Positions 57,286-64,000 of a stretch of 64,000 nt of DNA are shown here, one piece after another. The notes under the pieces were generated by a model that made no database searches, was not told the origin of the DNA, and worked only from the letters and a program-made list of their open reading frames with translations. Within the stretch, counting starts at the first letter, position 1. Each line of letters starts with the position of its first letter. The stretch is from a virus (Duplodnaviria; Caudoviricetes): positions 52,897 through 116,896 of the IMG/VR virus record IMGVR_UViG_3300031853_000006; one strand, 5' to 3'. The position numbers were made by a program, and so were the translations under genes.

Positions 57286-57386
57286 ACGAAGCTAGCAGAA
57301 AAAGAGAGAAGTGGAGACCTATATCTACATTTGAAGAATACTACGAAGTTTCAAGCATGGGTCGAGTTTATAGTATCAAGAATTAG
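57286..57386 (+). pseudogene. NUMOD4 (HNH homing endonuclease) remnant
   Basis: 'EKWRPISTFEEYYEVSSMGRVYS' NUMOD4 motif, then TAG; ACG in place of ATG after GAGGTG. Confidence 0.7.
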
Positions 57387-57493
57387 TAGCTACAGCTACG
57401 TGAAAATACACGGAAGTTAGCACAGCCACTTGATCACCTTGTATAGCACATATAGATACATTAGTTCAAACTTTGAGCGAAGGAGAAACAGAG

Positions 57494-60193
57494 ATGAATT
57501 TCATTACTTTTTCATCGGCAACAACAAACATCTTCCCTGCAGCTAATTCGACAACAGGTAGTCAGTTAGTGACAGAATACAACATTCGGTCAAGGGAAAC
57601 TGTAGCGACAAATTCAGAAGTAACTTATACAATAGGCCCATCGTATGTTCATGGAGAGCCAGACTTTGAAGTAAATATCCTGATGGATGCGGGCGGAGCT
57701 TACATAAACGGCTACACACTGCAGATTGCCGAAGGACGAGGTGTCATCAACGGACATTACGTTGAAACACTAGCACCGATGACAATCGACCTTGTTGAAG
57801 CTAATGCGAAGCTTCAGTCAGAGGCTAGGCCGGTACTTAAAGGAGATCTTGCAATCGGCATTAGGACATTCTATTCTACTGATCAAACAGTAGCTGGATC
57901 CATCTTGGTAGAAGATGAAGATGAAATGTTCTTAGGTATTCAGCTTGTAATACTGCCACAAGAAGAATTCATAACTCCTGCACAGTCACCGCTTGATAAG
58001 ACGAAAGTAACTGCAGATCTTCTGCTTGCTACGTTCACATTTATTAACAACAATATATCTAACTTGAAGAACTCTACCAAGAAGTTAGAGTATCTGAATT
58101 CTGACCGTATCGCTAATCTTGATAACTGGATTTCAGATAGGTATGTTACTAAATATGGACTCAACTCGAAAAAGATATATGCGTTTGCAGGAAAGGGAGC
58201 AAATCCTGCTACCGGTTATGATACATGGGAGGATGCAACAGACAGCTTGATGGTTTGGGATGCTGACCCAGTTAGGACATTAGAGAAGCCTAGCCTGAAG
58301 CAAGCTGAATTCACTGTATCAAACGATAGAAATTATCTTGTGCTTCCTCATAAGCAGATAACAGGAATGACAGATGAAGACGGTAACGACGAATATTATG
58401 CTCCTAGAATACTTGCAATGCCGATGGCAGATTATGGTGATAATACACCTGGTATGGTCAACAAAGCTTACACACAGCAGATCAAGTCATTAGCAAGTAA
58501 AGTCAATGATTTCAGAACAGACCTTACGGGTAAGCAAATCTACTTTATGGACACCAGGACGTCAACTGATGAACTTCCTGAAATCAACGATGCTTGGGAC
58601 ACAGGTGATTACATACTCGTTAAATACGATGAACATTTCAACGGTGACTCAAGTGATACAGCAAGCCCGCCGGCAACTAAATATGTAGTGCTGCCTGGCC
58701 AAGTAGATCAGATTAAGTTTGTAGCCCAAGTTGACGGAGATGCAGGACATCCTGCACCCATCCCCTCAGACATTGTGGGCTATCCGCTTGTAGTGCTGGA
58801 ATGGATGGAGGAAGCAGGGCAAGAAAGGCCCGATACGGAATATCCTGAATACTATCCGATATTCTTCGGATCAGGCGATACAATGAGAGGTACCCCATAC
58901 GATGCAGGCACATCTACATGGTATGATTACTTCAAGGTAAGATATTATCCCGAATATACTGGATCAGGTACAGATCCACATGCTTACACAGATTATTATT
59001 ACGGAGTGCTTACTGCAGGACCGCGTCAGTGGTCAGACGCCGTGATGGTGACTGGGCAAGTAGCATTTGCAACAGAAGATGAAATAGGCGGATTCTTGAA
59101 TGCGTCAGAAGATGCAGTCGATTACGGATATGTGAGACTTGACGATACGGGTCACTTAGTGCTTACAGATTACGAAATTCTAAGATCAGGTACGCTTGCA
59201 TATCAGATTGCTGCAGATGCAACAATTCCGGATGCAAGTGATTACGATACATTGCAAGGTTACTTCGATGATTACATCAATGAACGTGTAGCATTCCCGA
59301 AAGTGCCTAATACAGCTGCTACGCCGTCTATACTTAACATATATGTGAACCTTCCAGAAGTAGATGAGGGAGGGACACTTAACATACACGGTATTGATTC
59401 GCGATTTAATACAGCGGTGTGCTTCCATTTTATGGGGGCAGAGGTAACGAACAATGTCACAATTAACATATCAGACTGCGAGAAGATAATCATTGATTCA
59501 CACATAGAGGGGACACCTGTAATCAATGTAGTCAGAACCTGCCTATACTACGATCCAGTTATCTTCAACTATATCAGGACATGTGCTCGTGACGCATCTG
59601 TGTACGGCGACTTCACAGGTTTTCAAGACTTGTCAATATGGCATGTAAGAAGAACAACCGAAGATCCTGCACTTGTAGTTGACGGAATGACCGTCAGCGA
59701 GTTACAGGCACAAGTTATTTCAACTGAGATAGATTACTGGAAGGAACTCGGAACAGCTGCTAATGATAATAACTACTTAGTAGCTCTTAAGAGCATTACT
59801 TTTGCAGGAAACGGGGACATCGTAGGTTGCGAAGTACTCGCTGCTAATAACTCAACTGACAACGTAGAGCCCGGTGAGAAGATGGTTGTAGGTGACTTTG
59901 TACTTCCTCAAGGAGCAACATTGACATATCCGTTAGCGTGCCTCGTCAGGAAACTTAAAATCACAGGAACATTCACTTCGGCATACTGCTCGGATGCAAC
60001 TTGGTATGTAAGTAACAATTCATTTACACTGCTTACCGGAACTTACGATCCATACAGTTTAGCAGAATCAATGACAGGAACGATTGCATTCCATTCGTCA
60101 ACTGTATTGATCCCGTCAACAATTTCTCAGACGTCCATCGAACCTTGGGAGCCTGATACCTACAACATATTTAGGGGAGGTGCTATCAGCTAA
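57494..60193 (+). CDS. large acidic virion (baseplate/tail) protein
   Basis: About 900 aa; 'I..GRGVINGHYVE' typical of structural N-domains; ACCTTGTATA motif upstream. Confidence 0.65.
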   Translation: MNFITFSSATTNIFPAANSTTGSQLVTEYNIRSRETVATNSEVTYTIGPSYVHGEPDFEVNILMDAGGAYINGYTLQIAEGRGVINGHYVETLAPMTIDLVEANAKLQSEARPVLKGDLAIGIRTFYSTDQTVAGSILVEDEDEMFLGIQLVILPQEEFITPAQSPLDKTKVTADLLLATFTFINNNISNLKNSTKKLEYLNSDRIANLDNWISDRYVTKYGLNSKKIYAFAGKGANPATGYDTWEDATDSLMVWDADPVRTLEKPSLKQAEFTVSNDRNYLVLPHKQITGMTDEDGNDEYYAPRILAMPMADYGDNTPGMVNKAYTQQIKSLASKVNDFRTDLTGKQIYFMDTRTSTDELPEINDAWDTGDYILVKYDEHFNGDSSDTASPPATKYVVLPGQVDQIKFVAQVDGDAGHPAPIPSDIVGYPLVVLEWMEEAGQERPDTEYPEYYPIFFGSGDTMRGTPYDAGTSTWYDYFKVRYYPEYTGSGTDPHAYTDYYYGVLTAGPRQWSDAVMVTGQVAFATEDEIGGFLNASEDAVDYGYVRLDDTGHLVLTDYEILRSGTLAYQIAADATIPDASDYDTLQGYFDDYINERVAFPKVPNTAATPSILNIYVNLPEVDEGGTLNIHGIDSRFNTAVCFHFMGAEVTNNVTINISDCEKIIIDSHIEGTPVINVVRTCLYYDPVIFNYIRTCARDASVYGDFTGFQDLSIWHVRRTTEDPALVVDGMTVSELQAQVISTEIDYWKELGTAANDNNYLVALKSITFAGNGDIVGCEVLAANNSTDNVEPGEKMVVGDFVLPQGATLTYPLACLVRKLKITGTFTSAYCSDATWYVSNNSFTLLTGTYDPYSLAESMTGTIAFHSSTVLIPSTISQTSIEPWEPDTYNIFRGGAIS

Positions 60194-60717
60194 TGTTCAT
60201 TCACGATACTATTAAAATAATGTATGTGAATATCGGATATCTTCCTAACTATCCTTACTATCTGACTTCAGATGCAGAAATGATTGATGCTTTCAGAAAG
60301 GAAGACGGATTCTTCAACGATTACTATCCGTGTCCGTCAGAGGATTTGGAAGAAGATTACAACACGCTGAAGCTTGCAATATGGGAGAGGTTAGATGATT
60401 ACCTTAAATCGGGAGGGACTATCAAGATACCCGATTGGGTCTACTCTTACATGTTGATGCGTCCTATAACATATGAATCAGACGAACTTGACATCGCTTA
60501 CTTGTATGAATTAACAGGAGTAGATCCAGTAGTGGTACCACTCACAGAGTTCTCACCCGAATTAGCAAGAGCTTGTCTTGCTACAAGTATCGAATGGATG
60601 AAGAAAAGGCCATCTCAGTACAGGGATAGGCCCCCGACAATGTTCGGAGAAACACACGTAACCAAGTGCTTGCGACTCAAGCAAGCTAACATATTGATTG
60701 AAGCGGAAGGTGCATAA
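60193..60717 (+). CDS. hypothetical virion-module protein
   Basis: Translationally coupled within the structural operon. Confidence 0.6.
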   Translation: MFIHDTIKIMYVNIGYLPNYPYYLTSDAEMIDAFRKEDGFFNDYYPCPSEDLEEDYNTLKLAIWERLDDYLKSGGTIKIPDWVYSYMLMRPITYESDELDIAYLYELTGVDPVVVPLTEFSPELARACLATSIEWMKKRPSQYRDRPPTMFGETHVTKCLRLKQANILIEAEGA

Positions 60718-61823
60718 TGCAATTTCTAATAATAGGTAAAAACGATACGCTACAAACAATATCCAGAATAATCGGCTCGCAGAACATAGACCTACTCCTT
60801 GCAGAGAATGGCCTTAAACGCGAGCCTAAAATTGGTAAACAATGGAATAAAAAGTGTGATGATCTTCTAGCTACGCAACCTAACGAAATATCTGCTGCTA
60901 GAAAGTCAACACTCTTAAACGCAGTAACTGACAGCCAAGAGGTATTTGAGAAGTGCTGCTTACTAGACGAAGATGGATGGAAGATTTTTTCAGCTTTCCA
61001 AGCCTTCAGAGATGCACTTAGGATACCTGAAGCAATACGCTTGCCGTATTCTGCTAAGGTTATTGGTTCGTCAGCAGGGGCTGTATCAACTGCTCGAATA
61101 GGTGTTCAGTCAAAAAGGTCAGCTAGACCATCGCCTTCACCTGTTTCACAATCGGGGCAGACAGATCCTATCAGCTCTAACACTTATCGAACAGTAATGA
61201 ACGAGCTCAAGAATTCAGGAACAATACAGCCCGAAGTATTTAATAAAGTGAATACATCGTTCCCTGTCAGCTTAGATAGTTCTAAGGGAACTCGGATCAG
61301 TGTCAAGTTACCTCAATATTCTTACTCGCTTCCGTGGGGAAAGATTCAGATGTACTCAACGCTTATCGACGAAGTCATGGACTTTCCAGTTTACCCTGAA
61401 GAAGTTAACACGAGCAGATCGGCAAGCTACGCAGCTATGCCTGACATCATTTATCAATACGAGCCCTGGGTCATGTACGAAGGCTCAGGTCCTCGTGAAC
61501 AGGATTTAACATTCCACATGCATCGTGATCTTTGGACAGGAAATCACCTTGACGGGCAAGCGAATAAGCTGATCAGATTCTGCGAAGCAAATACTTTCCC
61601 AAAGATAACAGGGTCGACTGTAGAATCGCCTACAGTTAGATTCTACATTGACGGTGCGTTGTTTATCGCAGGAGTGCTTACTCGTACCGACGTCAAGTGG
61701 TCAGGCCCCATTGGATTAGACAACTGGTACTTAGATTTCGAGTTAACGCTGTCCATACAGGAAGTTTCCCCAATGCAGCTGAATATAGACACAGTGCAGA
61801 AGATAGGAATAATAGGAGTGTGA
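60717..61823 (+). CDS. baseplate tube-initiator-like protein with N-terminal LysM-like segment
   Basis: 'DTLQTIS...LL.ENGL'; 'FPVYPEEV..S.SA.Y....EP...Y.GSGPR...F'. Confidence 0.6.
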   Translation: MQFLIIGKNDTLQTISRIIGSQNIDLLLAENGLKREPKIGKQWNKKCDDLLATQPNEISAARKSTLLNAVTDSQEVFEKCCLLDEDGWKIFSAFQAFRDALRIPEAIRLPYSAKVIGSSAGAVSTARIGVQSKRSARPSPSPVSQSGQTDPISSNTYRTVMNELKNSGTIQPEVFNKVNTSFPVSLDSSKGTRISVKLPQYSYSLPWGKIQMYSTLIDEVMDFPVYPEEVNTSRSASYAAMPDIIYQYEPWVMYEGSGPREQDLTFHMHRDLWTGNHLDGQANKLIRFCEANTFPKITGSTVESPTVRFYIDGALFIAGVLTRTDVKWSGPIGLDNWYLDFELTLSIQEVSPMQLNIDTVQKIGIIGV

Positions 61824-61830
61824 CAAGATT

Positions 61831-62256
61831 ATGCAATTTCTTAATACAAATACGCCATACAAAGTTGTTGAAAGAGATCCAATTCAATACACATACTGCG
61901 TAGACTTTAATCATGTTTCTCGCTACAGGTGCTTGCGTCAAGTGATACATCAAGGCAAGTCAGAAGACCGATTTATCGCACTTGAAACATCTAATCCGTT
62001 TACAACTTCGATTAAGACTAAGTATTATACAGTGCCGTATCACCTCGAGAATCGGTTAGACCTTATAGCGGAGGAACAATTAGGGTCAGCTAGTTACGCC
62101 TGGGTTATCGCCTATTTCAACAACATACAGGATGGTTATACCGTGTTAGAAGGAACAAGACTTGCGATACCTACTTCAATATCGTCATTATTTGAAGCAG
62201 GAGAAATACTGCAGAGCGTAACAGCTAACAAGCTGAATCTCGGAAGCGAGCCCTGA
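61831..62256 (+). CDS. baseplate wedge LysM-like protein (gp53/GpX-like)
   Basis: 'RLDLIA...LG...AWVIA.FN.I.D...V..G..L.IP'. Confidence 0.75.
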   Translation: MQFLNTNTPYKVVERDPIQYTYCVDFNHVSRYRCLRQVIHQGKSEDRFIALETSNPFTTSIKTKYYTVPYHLENRLDLIAEEQLGSASYAWVIAYFNNIQDGYTVLEGTRLAIPTSISSLFEAGEILQSVTANKLNLGSEP

Positions 62257-62276
62257 TGTGTAGGAGGAGATCATAA

Positions 62277-63725
62277 ATGAAGAAGCAACCCTTCGTGACT
62301 TGCACACTTGCAGGACTGAATATCACTTCGTTCGGGATGAAGATTCCGAGCCCATTTTGCTCTCTAACACTGAATAATTCAGAAACAGACAGCTATACCA
62401 GCTGGGAGTTATCAGTAACCGTAGGAGGAGATTCAACTCGCCAAGTTAATATTGCAGCGTTTGAAGCACTTATCTATTCAGCTGCACAGACATCTGGCTA
62501 TGCGAATGCTAGTGGTGTTCCAGTAACATTCATGTTAGGGTGGTTAAACGATGCAGGCGAAATTGAAACCTACTTATCTTATCAGGGATGGACAATGAAG
62601 TATAACGCCAGAACTTCTGGAATGTTCATGACGTATTCGTTGACCGGATATGCTTCGCAGATAGTCAATGCTAACACTCCTGTATTCAACATTCCAAGAA
62701 CTGAAGGAATCGTACAGCCTTCTGCCGTTTTAGAAGGGCTTGCTAAGAGCTTGAAAGCAACCGATTACTATGAACTAGATATTGACCATTGCGATGCTCC
62801 TACGCTTGTCAGTCATAATGCAATGACTACAAGCCTTACAACGTACGTTAGAGGAGATCGAACAGGCGAAGACGATTATGACTCATTTCCTGGTCTGTTG
62901 TCACTTTCTAAGTCGTACAATTCATCTAGAGATGCAGCAGGCCTAACTCCTGGATCAGGAAAGCTTTCGACATTGATGAATAATGTTGGATCTGAGAATA
63001 TTGGAAATTATCTGAGCTCAAGTATCACAGATAAAACCCCGCAAAGCTCGACGTTTTCCTTCTGGGTAGACGAGCCGACTATGACACAGCCAGGTGTTAT
63101 CCATTACAAATGCACTAGTACGATCATGACAACAAAGGATAGCCGAGTGCTTAAGTACGGAACACCTGATAGTAATATCCTGAGCCTTTCGGGATCTTAT
63201 GACGGTATCGCGTACAATATGTCAGATATGAGCTTCTCTACTCTTGGCTTCACATTAGATGATACAGGCACAACTATTGTTAATCCTTACACGGTAACTA
63301 ATAGCTGGAGTAATTCGCTTTCGAGTGTTTATCAAACCGCTAACATTATAAACGATATCAACGCGTTGTCGACTCAGTTTAGTGGAGACTTTACTGTTAC
63401 CATTCCAGGAGCTACTCGAGGTTATACTATATGCGAGCCAATAACGCTTCTTGTAATGGCAGGTAACACAGTGTCACCGGTAACTGGGATATACAATATC
63501 AAGTCAGTTAGCCATACAATTTCGACAACCTTTGTAACTACAATTAAGCTGCAGAGACTTTCAATTAGTTCTGCAAACCAAGTTGCGACAAGTGCCGGCA
63601 TTTATGCAGCCGGTTCGCGTAATGGATCGCAATCGAGTTATGAAACTACAAGCAACATCATATCCACTAGTAAAGTTGACTTTGGGACGCTTTACCCGAC
63701 GTGGGCAGATGTTCAAACAATGTAA
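62277..63725 (+). CDS. baseplate hub protein (gp27/GpD-like)
   Basis: C-terminal 'TVTIPG...TG.Y.IKSVSHTI...FVTTIKLQR'. Confidence 0.65.
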   Translation: MKKQPFVTCTLAGLNITSFGMKIPSPFCSLTLNNSETDSYTSWELSVTVGGDSTRQVNIAAFEALIYSAAQTSGYANASGVPVTFMLGWLNDAGEIETYLSYQGWTMKYNARTSGMFMTYSLTGYASQIVNANTPVFNIPRTEGIVQPSAVLEGLAKSLKATDYYELDIDHCDAPTLVSHNAMTTSLTTYVRGDRTGEDDYDSFPGLLSLSKSYNSSRDAAGLTPGSGKLSTLMNNVGSENIGNYLSSSITDKTPQSSTFSFWVDEPTMTQPGVIHYKCTSTIMTTKDSRVLKYGTPDSNILSLSGSYDGIAYNMSDMSFSTLGFTLDDTGTTIVNPYTVTNSWSNSLSSVYQTANIINDINALSTQFSGDFTVTIPGATRGYTICEPITLLVMAGNTVSPVTGIYNIKSVSHTISTTFVTTIKLQRLSISSANQVATSAGIYAAGSRNGSQSSYETTSNIISTSKVDFGTLYPTWADVQTM

Positions 63726-63757
63726 CAGAATATTTAATTAAGATAGGAGTTCAAACC

Positions 63758-64000
63758 GTGGACAAGAATCTTGCTACTCGACTCACCTTCGGAGGAACCT
63801 GCAAGGTAACTAATGAAGCTAATCTGAAGAGTGATAACCCAACTTCGTTCACTGCCTCTATATCAGGAGTAAGCGGAGTTTTTAATTTATTTCTAGGGGA
63901 GATGGAGTATATTGACCGAGCCGATGGTTATTTTGCAGTTAATATCATGCCAAATCCTCAAGAAGTGATCAGATACTGCAATCTTACTTCAGTTATAAAC
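63758..64000 (+). CDS. 3'-truncated baseplate-region protein
   Basis: GTG after AGGAG; open to the window end. Confidence 0.5.
   Translation, partial: MDKNLATRLTFGGTCKVTNEANLKSDNPTSFTASISGVSGVFNLFLGEMEYIDRADGYFAVNIMPNPQEVIRYCNLTSVIN

Noticed and set aside
1-64000. CRISPR array, tRNA, tmRNA or rRNA genes
   Set aside because: No regularly spaced repeat-spacer units and no cloverleaf/T-loop signatures seen by eye; tRNAscan/ARAGORN not run
1-64000. Stop-codon reassignment as in some gut jumbo phages
   Set aside because: Long conserved genes are intact in code 11, and TAA, TAG and TGA all end genes followed by new RBSs

Overview
This is a segment of a large myovirus-like (probably jumbo) phage genome. 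The host is probably a Firmicute (gut Clostridia-like), inferred from sigmaA-type promoters, AGGAGG RBSs, and amidase/SH3b, 3D and BspA-type LRR proteins. The standard genetic code is used. The contractile-tail module is split into three blocks: neck/terminator/sheath (1-3252); a tail-tube gene interrupted by two ORF-less group I introns (24752-26126, missed by the ORF track); and hub chaperone/tape measure/baseplate genes (52367-end). Between them lie about 47 kb of accessory genes, including Hef-like free-standing endonucleases, NAD-dependent ligase, RecU-like resolvase, endolysin and an HD hydrolase. Three recurring promoter-like motifs are visible: TTGACA-17-TATAAT, ATCGTTAnnTA and ACCTTnnATA. 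Four unexplained structures stand out. (i) Two distant paralogous 'LRIS[DN]H' genes share a leader-RNA architecture with fully covarying stems and an internal promoter, a candidate self-silencing antisense/attenuation or RNA-antitoxin system. (ii) At least nine proteins carry an N-terminal MKRx[IV]x[AS][ST] tag, and one 678-aa acidic protein is punctuated by the same motif, a candidate capsid-packaged, protease-processed cargo system. (iii) A dispersed family of seven adhesin-like genes shares a CGACCTT promoter, and two members carry 3' sequences perfectly antisense to the start codons of paralogs. (iv) Tandem DUF6273-like genes carry a DGR-type variable region. All functional calls come from motif recognition by eye; no database searches were run.
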